A stretch of 64,000 bases of DNA, taken from the NCBI GenBank assembly GCA_038245785.1, contig JBBRSB010000022.1, forward strand, positions 20,632 through 84,631, in the 5' to 3' direction. The notes beneath the pieces are model-generated. The model was not told where the DNA came from and searched no databases. It saw only the letters and a list, made by a program, of their open reading frames with translations. How positions within the stretch are numbered: position 1 is the first letter of the stretch; each line of letters opens with the position of its first letter. The position numbers and the translations under genes are program-made. The stretch is from Gloeobacterales cyanobacterium (GTDB lineage Bacteria; Cyanobacteriota; Cyanobacteriia; Gloeobacterales; PMM-0068). This document shows positions 29,379-37,933 of the stretch, piece by piece.

Positions 29379-29987
29379 CTAGTGATGCATAGAGGAGTAG
29401 CCTAATGCTGCAACACCCACATGCAGTAAGACAAATAAGCCACGGAAAATCCAGGTTCCGAAAGGGATAGAGTTTTCCAACTTAGGCAGGAATGGGAGCG
29501 CAAACAACAGAAGAGGAACACCCGACATCAGCGCTAAACCAATAATCTTCATCGGAGAAGCGAGGACTACACCGAAGGCGGGGAGCATATACCACTCAGG
29601 CAATACCTTCACAGGAGTGGCAAACACGTTGAAGATATCTCCCAGCGTTGGGGGATAAAAAACTGTCAGCGCGGCAGCAAACACGACGCAGAATAGGACT
29701 GTACACGCCACATCAAAAAAAGTTCTAGAAAATTTTATGGGCTCTTGTGCATTCTGAGGAGTCGTTTCCATGACCATCTTGGGAGTCCTCTCAACTTGGT
29801 TTACTGGAAGTTCAGCCATGACTGTAGGTTCTAATACTGCTGCCAAAGGAGTCGGAACGTTAGGAACAGGCTGAGTTTGTGGGGCATCAGGCTGAGAAAG
29901 TCCTGCACGGATCATTGCCTCACGGACCCTATTGCTTACCTGGGTTTCCCCACCTTGGCCCTGCGATAAGTCCGATGAGTTGTCCAT
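29379..29987 (-). CDS. divergent cytochrome b6f subunit IV (PetD)-like protein with a novel N-terminal extension
   Basis: TM-PPTLGDIFNVFATPVKVLPEWYMLPAF...KIIGLALMSGVPLLLFALPF-TM aligns by eye with PetD GEPADPFATPLEILPEWY...KLLGVLLMASVP. Confidence 0.75.
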   Translation of the reverse strand: MDNSSDLSQGQGGETQVSNRVREAMIRAGLSQPDAPQTQPVPNVPTPLAAVLEPTVMAELPVNQVERTPKMVMETTPQNAQEPIKFSRTFFDVACTVLFCVVFAAALTVFYPPTLGDIFNVFATPVKVLPEWYMLPAFGVVLASPMKIIGLALMSGVPLLLFALPFLPKLENSIPFGTWIFRGLFVLLHVGVAALGYSSMHH

Positions 29988-30079
29988 GAGGCTAAGTCTC
30001 TGTTACATATCTATACGATTGTAACCAGGCCTTCTCAGATGCGCACAGCGCTTTAGTAATTTTTTTCAATATATCTCAA

Positions 30080-30661
30080 CTATTCTTTAGCATCCAGATG
30101 GTCTGCTAAAAGGCGTAGCTCCTTAGCGGCCTGCTCTCTCGGCGTCTTCACCAGCCAATCTGAGAGGGTATCGACCAAATTCGCTGCTTTAACTTCCTGA
30201 CTGGGTGCCTTAAGTTCTTTCTGGGGAGCACTAACATTGCATCCCATGCATCCGGCGACGGCCAACTGGTCTGCCCGTTCATTACCAGCATTGCCTGAGT
30301 GGCCTTCCACCCAGGTCCACCTAATCGAGCGTCCTTTTGCAAGCCGGATTAATTCTTCCCATAGGTCCTGATTGGCAACAGGGGCTCCTTTACTATTTTT
30401 CCAACCTTTTCTTTGCCAACCCGCTACCCAAGACTGCATCCCTTTGACCAGATAACTGCTATCGGTGCGAATCTCTAAGGGTCCCTGCGACTCCTGAAGG
30501 GCACGAGCGGCTGCCCAAAGTTCTGCCCGCTGATTGGTGGCAACACCCGGTAAGGGTTCAGAAATCTCTTTGACTGAGTCCGGGAAATAGACTCCAATTC
30601 CGGCCACGGCCCGGGCAGTGCCATTTCCCTGACAGGCTCCATCGGTATAGGCAACCATCAT
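30080..30661 (-). CDS. rnhA: ribonuclease HI
   Basis: YTDGAC, TNQRAEL, TDSSY, WVEGHSG..GNERADQLA; ATG 30661 overlaps the upstream stop (ATGA). Confidence 0.92.
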   Translation of the reverse strand: MMVAYTDGACQGNGTARAVAGIGVYFPDSVKEISEPLPGVATNQRAELWAAARALQESQGPLEIRTDSSYLVKGMQSWVAGWQRKGWKNSKGAPVANQDLWEELIRLAKGRSIRWTWVEGHSGNAGNERADQLAVAGCMGCNVSAPQKELKAPSQEVKAANLVDTLSDWLVKTPREQAAKELRLLADHLDAKE

Positions 30662-31083
30662 GCTCGTTTCACAGAGAGCCACAATGCTTTTAGTTTGGGG
30701 GGAAGCTCTAGGGCTAAGTCTCGCACTTGGTCATCCGACAAGTAGGCCTTAGTGGCGGCAAAAACAGCTTCCAGTGCTTTTCTTGGGCTGCTAACACCCA
30801 AAAGATAATCCTCTTCCTCTTCCAACCGTTCCAGCACTTCAGCCAAGTCAGTCTTGGTTTCATCTTGCTCTAGATGTTCTAGCCAGGCAATCAGGGGGTT
30901 TTCAGCCCAGGCATCTTCCAGGTCTTCTGCTAAGAACTCTCCCTCTTCATAGGGACTGGGGAACAGCTCCTTCAAGGCCATAGAGACGGCTTCGGCTACT
31001 CTTAGGGCATCGTCTTTACTTTCTAAACGAGCAAACTGTTGAATACGGCCTAGAAAATCTTGCACACTGTAGACTGGACTCAT
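30658..31083 (-). CDS. DUF2267-like protein
   Basis: FLGRIQ...DALRVAEAV...AVFAATKAYLSDDQVRDLALELPPKLKALW. Confidence 0.55.
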   Translation of the reverse strand: MSPVYSVQDFLGRIQQFARLESKDDALRVAEAVSMALKELFPSPYEEGEFLAEDLEDAWAENPLIAWLEHLEQDETKTDLAEVLERLEEEEDYLLGVSSPRKALEAVFAATKAYLSDDQVRDLALELPPKLKALWLSVKRA

Positions 31084-31193
31084 TCGCTATCCCTGCAATA
31101 CTAGAAAGAACATTCAAAACCTTGCCTGTCCCCTGCATTTCCAATGTATGATAACGCGCCTGTGCATGATGAAATAGCATTCTCACAACCGAT

Positions 31194-32009
31194 ATGAATT
31201 TTACCTCTGCCGCCCGGCAAAATTTTTACGCCATCCTTCACCAACCGGAACCAAGCATCAATCTTGCCGAGGCAGCGCTCTATATTGCACAGGAAGAATA
31301 TCCTGCCTTGGATGTAGAAGAGTATCTCAATGCTTTGAATACTATGGCGATGGAAGTGCAAGAACGATTGGGGTCCGAGACTTACCCGCTACGCATTATT
31401 CATAAGATTAATCAGTATCTCTATGAGGATTTGGATTTTCAAGGAGAAAACTACGATGATCCCCGCAATAGTTTTCTAAATGATGTCATCGAACGAAGAA
31501 GGGGAATACCTCTTACCCTTTCCATCGTTTATTTAGAAATCGCCAAACGCATTGAATTTCCAATGGTGGGTATAGGAATGCCTGGCCATTTTTTAATCCA
31601 GCCAGACCAGAATGAAATCGAAATCTTTGTGGACCCTTTTCAAAGAGGAGAAATTCTTTTTGCAGAAGACTGTCAACAAAAACTAAATGCTATCTATGGC
31701 AAGTCGATGCCTTTTAGAGCAGAGTTTCTAGCTCCTGTCGGCCCACTTCAAATCCTAGCTCGGATGTTGACCAACCTTAAGCATATCTACTTGAAGCAAG
31801 GTGATATCGATAAAACTTTAGCCGCAATCGACCGTATTCTCTTGGTTTTCCCTGAAGCCTCCCGTGAACTGAGAGACCGAGGATTTCTTTATCACCAGAT
31901 GGAGCGATGGGTCGAAGCAAAGAGAGATTTAGAACTCTATTTGACAAAAAATCCACGTCTAGAAGACATCATGCTAGTCCGCCGTCTACTGGAGCAAATT
32001 CCTCCTTAA
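31194..32009 (+). CDS. SirB1-like transglutaminase/TPR protein
   Basis: YDDPRNSFLNDVIERRRGIPLTLS, GMPGHF, ILARMLTNLK, ELRDRG. Confidence 0.88.
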   Translation: MNFTSAARQNFYAILHQPEPSINLAEAALYIAQEEYPALDVEEYLNALNTMAMEVQERLGSETYPLRIIHKINQYLYEDLDFQGENYDDPRNSFLNDVIERRRGIPLTLSIVYLEIAKRIEFPMVGIGMPGHFLIQPDQNEIEIFVDPFQRGEILFAEDCQQKLNAIYGKSMPFRAEFLAPVGPLQILARMLTNLKHIYLKQGDIDKTLAAIDRILLVFPEASRELRDRGFLYHQMERWVEAKRDLELYLTKNPRLEDIMLVRRLLEQIPP

Positions 32010-32572
32010 TCGGCAGCGATATCTCGGAAAACAAGCCTTCCATAACCCAAAAACTGTTTCACCATATTTTCACCTGCTGGAACAGCATGGATTTCTAATA
32101 AATAGGTGCCTGCCTGTTCGGGATTGCGCATTTTGGCAAACTCAATCGTGACCGTCTGATCCGGGCTAAGGGGCGGCTCAAAATCAAGGATTAAGGTCCT
32201 TTTTTGTAGCGTAATCCGTGCTGGAATCTTCTGAGCCGGATAGTGAGGGAGTAGACTTTCAGGTTCTGTAGGATTGAATACCAAAATATTTTTGGGCTCT
32301 GGTAACTCCATGCCAAAAGCGGCATTATCTTCTGGAATATCAAGCGTCAATTGTGCTAAAGACTGTTTAACAGAACTAGGAATTTGGATAGTGAACTGAT
32401 AGGAGGCGGGATAGTAGTTCACCGTATCGTAGATGGCATAGGCTCTAGTTAGCTTTAGTGCAGCGTCAAAGGACTTAGACTCAGCTGGTCTAGACTCTAT
32501 AGCGCTGACAGCAGGCACTAGCATGACCAAACCTATCGATACTAAGAGATTCAACCATATCTGTTTATGCAT
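32006..32572 (-). CDS. DUF2808-family exported protein
   Basis: Signal peptide, YQFTI, FEPPLSP, RNP..AGTYL, QFLGYGRL. Confidence 0.7.
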   Translation of the reverse strand: MHKQIWLNLLVSIGLVMLVPAVSAIESRPAESKSFDAALKLTRAYAIYDTVNYYPASYQFTIQIPSSVKQSLAQLTLDIPEDNAAFGMELPEPKNILVFNPTEPESLLPHYPAQKIPARITLQKRTLILDFEPPLSPDQTVTIEFAKMRNPEQAGTYLLEIHAVPAGENMVKQFLGYGRLVFRDIAAD

Positions 32573-32580
32573 GAACCCTC

Positions 32581-33411
32581 CTAAATTTTTAGCGTCACCT
32601 CATCCACTATTTTGCCCTCGGTATCGATAGCCTGAACGTAAAGTATCTTATCGGTATTCTTAACAGATAAGAAATGACGAATTGAGGCACTGTAGGCCGT
32701 GAAGGATGACTTATCTACCGGTCGAATATTAGCGCCGCCTCCACAAGTAATATAAACAGTGCCATCCATTGATTTGGTACGTTCATAGTTGTGGTCATGA
32801 CCATTGATATAAAGCTGCACTCCATACTTTTTCAGCAAAGGGGGCAAGGAGCTGAGCAGCTTTGGATCACCCCCATGCATGCCGGATGAGTAGACCGGAT
32901 GATGACCATAGACCACCTTCCACGGAGTCTTGGCTTGAGCCAAAGCTTGATCTAACCAGCGGAGTTGAGCTTCATCTACATCGTTGGTATCCAAGGCAAA
33001 AAAGCTGACTGCGCCTTTCGTGAAGCTGTAGTAGTTCCCTGGCATCTGAAAGTACTTAATTTCGTCTTTACCTTGATGGGTGCGAATATCGTGGTTTCCC
33101 AAGACGGCATAGAACTTAACGCCTGTGGAGAGGAGCGGTTGGTAAGGTTTTTCAAAAACAGCCCCGATCTTTTCGATTTCGCCATTGTTATAGATGTTGT
33201 CTCCACCCAATAGGGCAAAATCAAATTTATTTTGGCTGTTCATAGTAGCCATCGCTTTGGCCACTGCATATTGGCCCTTATCGCCTGTACCAAAATCAGC
33301 GGTCACAGCCCAATGTTGGGCATTCGCCCCAAGAGCTGAATCGGGCCAAATAATGCTTTTCGGAACCATCGACAAAACAGAGAGTAAAGCGAGGGCTTGC
33401 CTTCTACGCAT
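32581..33411 (-). CDS. calcineurin-like metallophosphoesterase, possible Tat export
   Basis: ADFG, GDNIY, LGNHD, GHHP, NGHDH; N-terminal RRRQAL. Confidence 0.88.
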   Translation of the reverse strand: MRRRQALALLSVLSMVPKSIIWPDSALGANAQHWAVTADFGTGDKGQYAVAKAMATMNSQNKFDFALLGGDNIYNNGEIEKIGAVFEKPYQPLLSTGVKFYAVLGNHDIRTHQGKDEIKYFQMPGNYYSFTKGAVSFFALDTNDVDEAQLRWLDQALAQAKTPWKVVYGHHPVYSSGMHGGDPKLLSSLPPLLKKYGVQLYINGHDHNYERTKSMDGTVYITCGGGANIRPVDKSSFTAYSASIRHFLSVKNTDKILYVQAIDTEGKIVDEVTLKI

Positions 33412-33544
33412 AGAGAAATACTCCTGATTTAGCTTTGTCTTGTTCCTGCAATTCTACGGAAGTTTATTTAATCTTCACCAAAACCTCAGCGTTCCTTGTG
33501 TTTTCATCCGTATTCTCTCGGCATTCTAAAGGAAGCCCCCATGC

Positions 33545-34384
33545 TTGATTCACGCAGAGGTTCCTACGGTGAGCGAAGCCAGAATTCTTGTTGTAGACCA
33601 TAAACAAAGTAATCCAGACCTCTACACAAAACTTGCAGAGCGCGGCTACAAAGTTTACGTTCATCTGAGCTCTGATGATATTGATGAACAGGTACAGAAT
33701 GTCCGTCCTCAGTCCCTGATTCTGGATGCATCCTTGCCTGGTTTTAACGCACTAGAATATTGCCGGGCCCACAGTGAAAAAATGCCCCATGTTCCCGCAC
33801 TCCTGATGGCTGACCGGGTAGAGCCGATGCTGCGGGAATGGGCGCACAGCATGGGTGTACTAGATCTGCTCAGCCGCAATTCGGATGAATTGGCCTCTCT
33901 GGTCTGGCGGGTCGATGGCATTATCCGGGAGCGTTTCCCTGAGGTAAATCTTCAGGAGAATGATGGAGAAATTCTCTGGTCTGTGGGGGGAGGCACCTTC
34001 GTACCGAGGGTAAGTAAACCACAAAAGCAAGTTGAACCCGCGCAAGTATCTAATACCCAAGCGCTCTTGGATGGCGTAGAAGGAATTCTGGCCTTCAGCG
34101 CTGAGGGGAAAATCCTGAAAATGTCCGGAGTAGTAGAAGATAATCCCCTGTGGATCAAAGGCTTGCTATTTAGCTTGAACCTTTGTGGGTCTATATCTTC
34201 TGTCCTATCTGTTGGAAGCTTGAAGCATCTCATTATTCGTCATCAGTTTTCTGCTTCAAAAGCATCAGAAGTACTCTTGGTGAAGCGCAGCTTTGGCTAC
34301 TTAGCCATCGTCGCTAAAGATGCACAAAAGTTTTCAGACGATGTTTTCAGCTGGGCACAGAACGGGGCTGTCTTAGATAGCTAA
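33545..34384 (+). CDS. atypical response-regulator receiver fused to a roadblock/LC7-like domain
   Basis: RILVVD...SLILDASLPG (phospho-Asp kept, conserved Thr/Ser and Lys absent); C-term DGVEGILAFSAEGKIL...LKHLIIRH...VLLVKRSFGYLAIVA; start may be GTG about 33569. Confidence 0.6.
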   Translation: MIHAEVPTVSEARILVVDHKQSNPDLYTKLAERGYKVYVHLSSDDIDEQVQNVRPQSLILDASLPGFNALEYCRAHSEKMPHVPALLMADRVEPMLREWAHSMGVLDLLSRNSDELASLVWRVDGIIRERFPEVNLQENDGEILWSVGGGTFVPRVSKPQKQVEPAQVSNTQALLDGVEGILAFSAEGKILKMSGVVEDNPLWIKGLLFSLNLCGSISSVLSVGSLKHLIIRHQFSASKASEVLLVKRSFGYLAIVAKDAQKFSDDVFSWAQNGAVLDS

Positions 34385-34498
34385 TTTGACAAATCTTTAG
34401 ATATAGATTCACCGAGATTGAGTAAATCGGAGTGAGTTTGGGAATCCTGTTTATATAGCCAAGTCTGATACCTAACTATTCTTTCCGAGCGTATTTTC

Positions 34499-34981
34499 AT
34501 GGTCAAGCGTGTCAAAATTGAGCCTTTAGCTACAGAAACTGAGGTTTTGACGAATAGCAACCTCCTGTCCGCCTTGATGGAACAGGAACTGCACGTTATC
34601 AAAGCCTGCGGTGGTCGTGGCTTGTGTGCGACTTGCCATGTCTTTGTCCGCAAAGGTCAAGATTCTCTCAGCCCCGCTAGTTCCCGTGAGTCTCGGACGC
34701 TACAGGTGATCACAGGGGCCAATGAATACTCCCGTCTCGCCTGCCAAGCCCGTGTTGTAGGCGAAGGGGTGGTGGTTGAGCTGCCTGTTGGTATGTACGT
34801 AACTTCTCTGGCCGATATCTTCGTGCTGGTGGGTCGTCGGGCTGAAGAACCTCTTCTTCACCCAGTTACAGGACGCACTCTAGTAGAACAGGGCAAGATC
34901 ATTACCCGTTCCATACTTAAGCAATTGGAAGGGGAAGATTTTAGTATCGGAGAAACTCTCTCTGGTACGACAAAAGCGTAA
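34499..34981 (+). CDS. 2Fe-2S ferredoxin-like protein with C-terminal extension
   Basis: CGGRGLCATCH...SRLACQ; C-term LVGRRAEEPLLHPVTG..LV..GKIITRS. Confidence 0.88.
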   Translation: MVKRVKIEPLATETEVLTNSNLLSALMEQELHVIKACGGRGLCATCHVFVRKGQDSLSPASSRESRTLQVITGANEYSRLACQARVVGEGVVVELPVGMYVTSLADIFVLVGRRAEEPLLHPVTGRTLVEQGKIITRSILKQLEGEDFSIGETLSGTTKA

Positions 34982-34997
34982 AGTTTGAACTCATTTA

Positions 34998-35672
34998 TTG
35001 GAGATGACCATCGTGGTAGCTTCACTGCCCAAAAATCTAAAGAAACATAACCACTACAGCCGTCGTGATTTCTTCACCTTCAACCCTGAAGAAGGGAGCA
35101 TTATTGACTGGAATGGCTCCCAGAATCTTCTCGTAAGTGAAGATTTTATTTTCGGGTTACAGAAAGGTTTAGAAGAAGAAGTAGGAGATGCCTCTGCTGC
35201 TGTCATGTATAGCATCGGCATGGATTGGGGTATCAAAGACGCTGTGGTCTTCGGCCAATGGTTTGAGAAAGAATTTAATATGAAGCCCACCCAGGCCAAT
35301 GTTTTGTTTCTGTTAGAAACCTGGTGGTGGCCCTTTACGGCTCAGGGTTGGGGAAAGTGGGAAGTGGACATGGATCAGCGGAAGCAGGGGTTCATTTTCA
35401 TCAATCTCTTTGATTCTGCCGTTGCAAAGACCTTAGGCGATGTGGGCAAGCCTGTTTGTCATCTCTATGCCGGACTTTTCTCTGGTTTCTTCACCTCCAT
35501 GGTTTCTCGCTCTTTGAGCTGTATCGAAGTCCAGTGCTATGCCATGGGCGAAACCTATTGCAAGTTCCTGATTGCCTCTCAGCAGCGTATTGATGCGGCA
35601 ACCTTCTGGCTCAATGAAGGAGCTTCGGCCAAGGAAATCTCTCGCCGCTTAGAAAGTGGAGAGCGCAAATGA
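34998..35672 (+). CDS. V4R (4-vinyl reductase-like) domain protein
   Basis: QGWGKW, KPVCHLYAGLFSGFF, CIEVQCYAMGETYCKF. Confidence 0.85.
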   Translation: MEMTIVVASLPKNLKKHNHYSRRDFFTFNPEEGSIIDWNGSQNLLVSEDFIFGLQKGLEEEVGDASAAVMYSIGMDWGIKDAVVFGQWFEKEFNMKPTQANVLFLLETWWWPFTAQGWGKWEVDMDQRKQGFIFINLFDSAVAKTLGDVGKPVCHLYAGLFSGFFTSMVSRSLSCIEVQCYAMGETYCKFLIASQQRIDAATFWLNEGASAKEISRRLESGERK

Positions 35673-35935
35673 TGGTAGAAACCGTTGGGACTTTCTTCCG
35701 GGGAATTAATTGGGAGGATATCGCTATCGCTCTTCCCTCTGTACCCACCATGCTCGTTGAGCAGGTCGTTCAGTCTTTGAAAGATATGGACCGCAATCAA
35801 AGTGTTGCCCATTTTTTCAGCCAAATCTGCTGGGAAGATGACGGTTCTGCTGGAACGGTAGCGGTAGCGAGCCCTGCACCTCAAAAGTCGGGCATGTCTT
35901 TAGATGACCTGGGTGATTTTTTTAGTGATCTTTAA
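35669..35935 (+). CDS. small acidic protein with two FFxxIxWED repeats
   Basis: ATGA-coupled to the V4R gene; TVGTFFRGINWED and SVAHFFSQICWED. Confidence 0.7.
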   Translation: MMVETVGTFFRGINWEDIAIALPSVPTMLVEQVVQSLKDMDRNQSVAHFFSQICWEDDGSAGTVAVASPAPQKSGMSLDDLGDFFSDL

Positions 35936-35946
35936 GGAGATACTCC

Positions 35947-36414
35947 ATGCACACTGTATTAGAAAAGATGATTGAGCAAGGTGATGGTAAGTACCTTGGG
36001 AATAAAGATGTCCAAGTTTTATTGGACTATGCCCAATCAGTACAACTAAGAATTGAAACCTATCAAGCTATTCAGAGTCAAGAAGCCCAGCTTATTGCTT
36101 TGGCCCTGGAAAAAGTTCATGTAGAGCCTGTTTACACAAGCCGTTACATCAACACAGAGAACGGCAAATGTTCACGGGATATGTCAGCAACTCTACGATA
36201 TTGCACTACTGCTATGTTGCTGAACGATGAGCAATTTCTCAGAGAAGAATATCTAATCTGGTTGGAAACTATCATCCGGTCACTCAAGCACAAGGACTTG
36301 ACTTTAGTCTCCATGGAAGCTTTAGGGAAAGCGCTTTCTGAGCTGTTGCCTCAAGCTCAATCTAAACTTATGGCTCCCTATTTCAACTTAGTCTGTGACA
36401 CTTTCAGAATGTAA
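35947..36414 (+). CDS. phycobiliprotein/globin-fold protein with the bilin-attachment-like Cys retained
   Basis: GDGKYL, GKCSRDMSATLRY..AMLLND..L resembles the phycobiliprotein xxCxRD motif; AGGAG RBS. Confidence 0.75.
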   Translation: MHTVLEKMIEQGDGKYLGNKDVQVLLDYAQSVQLRIETYQAIQSQEAQLIALALEKVHVEPVYTSRYINTENGKCSRDMSATLRYCTTAMLLNDEQFLREEYLIWLETIIRSLKHKDLTLVSMEALGKALSELLPQAQSKLMAPYFNLVCDTFRM

Positions 36415-36463
36415 CCGCGTATTCTGACCACCAACTTCAACCATTTGTTCAGGAGTGTATCCG

Positions 36464-36919
36464 ATGAATTCAGTCATAGAGCGCATTGTAGAAGAAGGTC
36501 AGGGGACTGCTGGCCAAGGCCAATATGTGGATGCTGAGGTTCTTAGTGCCCTTAGTATCTTTGCGGACTCCATGGCAGCGCGCAGTGCAGCCTACGAGGC
36601 TATTCAAAATCAAGAAAAATCGATTGTCGAAGAGGCTTGTCAGTCGGTCAATGGTTATGCCGATCCTGAAAAGCTTATCCAGGAAATGACTTTGCTCCTC
36701 CGTCACAGCGCTTTAGCGATGCTTATGGATGATGCTACCGTCCTCATGGAAGGAGGGTTGTCCTGGGTGCGTGCAATAGCAGAAGCGCAACAACAACAAG
36801 AACTCTATGTAGCGATTTCTGAAAAATTGATGGCGGCTACGCTACGAGCTTTGCCAGCTGATCAAGGCTCTCTGCTCCAGCCATTTCTTTCGATGATTCC
36901 CCAAACCCTGAAATCTTAA
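36464..36919 (+). CDS. phycobiliprotein/globin-fold protein lacking the CxRD Cys
   Basis: Paralogue of the upstream gene (AYEAIQNQE..IV; EKLIQEMTLLLRHSALAMLMDD...LSW); AGGAG RBS favours ATG 36464. Confidence 0.7.
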   Translation: MNSVIERIVEEGQGTAGQGQYVDAEVLSALSIFADSMAARSAAYEAIQNQEKSIVEEACQSVNGYADPEKLIQEMTLLLRHSALAMLMDDATVLMEGGLSWVRAIAEAQQQQELYVAISEKLMAATLRALPADQGSLLQPFLSMIPQTLKS

Positions 36920-36937
36920 TCCCTGAGGCTTTCTTCC

Positions 36938-37600
36938 ATGATGACCCGCGAACCCCCGATCGCCAAAACCAACGGCCATATCCCTGCAAACCTGTTCAAT
37001 CCCAAGCTCTATGTTCGTTCTGAAATAGAGAGTGGACTTCTGGAAACCCGTCAGGGTCGTCGGTTGATCAGCCTGCCCGATACGCTCATTCATGCTATGT
37101 ACTCTGCCCTGGAGCGGGAAACAGGCCAGGCGGCTCGGCTCGTACTTTTCAACGTTGGCCTGTGGTGGGGCAAAGAGTTTTACAAGCGGCTGAATAGCGA
37201 AATACAGGATTACTACGGTCAATCCATTGCTCAGATGAGCATGACCATGTTTGAGTTACTCCTCTCCCAAGCTTGGATTGCTCACGGTTGGGGACGGATT
37301 CATCTTGACATGTCTCTTAAGGATAGAGGCTTAATCCAAGTAACTTTGAGGCATTCCACTCTCCCTGGAGCAGCCAATCGCACCGAACCCACGAGTTATC
37401 TAGAGCAGGGAATCCTCAAGTCCTTCTTTGCAGAGTTGACGGGTCGTGACTTGGGCTGCGTTCAATCCGAATGTACCTCTACAGGACATCCTCACAATCG
37501 GTTCATCATCACCCTTGCTAAACGCCTGGACAAAGCAGAAGCCTGGATGAGTGAAGGAATTAGCCATGATGAGATGATCGGTCGACTGACTGCTTCATAG
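36938..37600 (+). CDS. second V4R domain protein
   Basis: GLLETRQGRRLISLP, WIAHGWGRI, FFAELTGRDLGCVQSEC. Confidence 0.85.
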   Translation: MMTREPPIAKTNGHIPANLFNPKLYVRSEIESGLLETRQGRRLISLPDTLIHAMYSALERETGQAARLVLFNVGLWWGKEFYKRLNSEIQDYYGQSIAQMSMTMFELLLSQAWIAHGWGRIHLDMSLKDRGLIQVTLRHSTLPGAANRTEPTSYLEQGILKSFFAELTGRDLGCVQSECTSTGHPHNRFIITLAKRLDKAEAWMSEGISHDEMIGRLTAS

Positions 37601-37638
37601 ACCTGACCCATAAAAGTGCAGTCGTATCTGAGAACATA

Positions 37639-37701
37639 ACCCCCTATAGTCCCCCACCCTCCGGGAAGGCTACGCCTAGTGCCGAGGAGACTATAGGGGG
37701 T
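37639..37701. terminator. hairpin after the V4R cluster with a short repeat nested in the loop
   Basis: accccctatagtccc ... ggagactatagggggt; loop holds ccctccgggaaggctacgcc. Confidence 0.5.
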
Positions 37702-37759
37702 CTTCTATTTAATTCTACCTAGCAACTTAGGTACTATCCCAGCCTTCAATTTTTCTATC

Positions 37760-37807
37760 TTTCCACCATCGTCGTTCCCTCACAAATGGGAATGATGATG
37801 GTGGAAA
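37760..37807. other. long imperfect hairpin upstream of typA
   Basis: tttccaccatcgtcgttccc ... gggaatgatgatggtggaaa; the mismatches are G-U compatible on the + strand. Confidence 0.55.
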
Positions 37808-37933
37808 TTTGTGCGCAGATAAAGTTTCTCCGCTAGCCAGATACCAGCTCTGTTCCTAAAAATGCTACGCTGGGAAAGCTTAACGTTTTGTTACCTTCCT
37901 TTTCCCCTTCCCTCCCAAAAAAGCATTTTCCCC

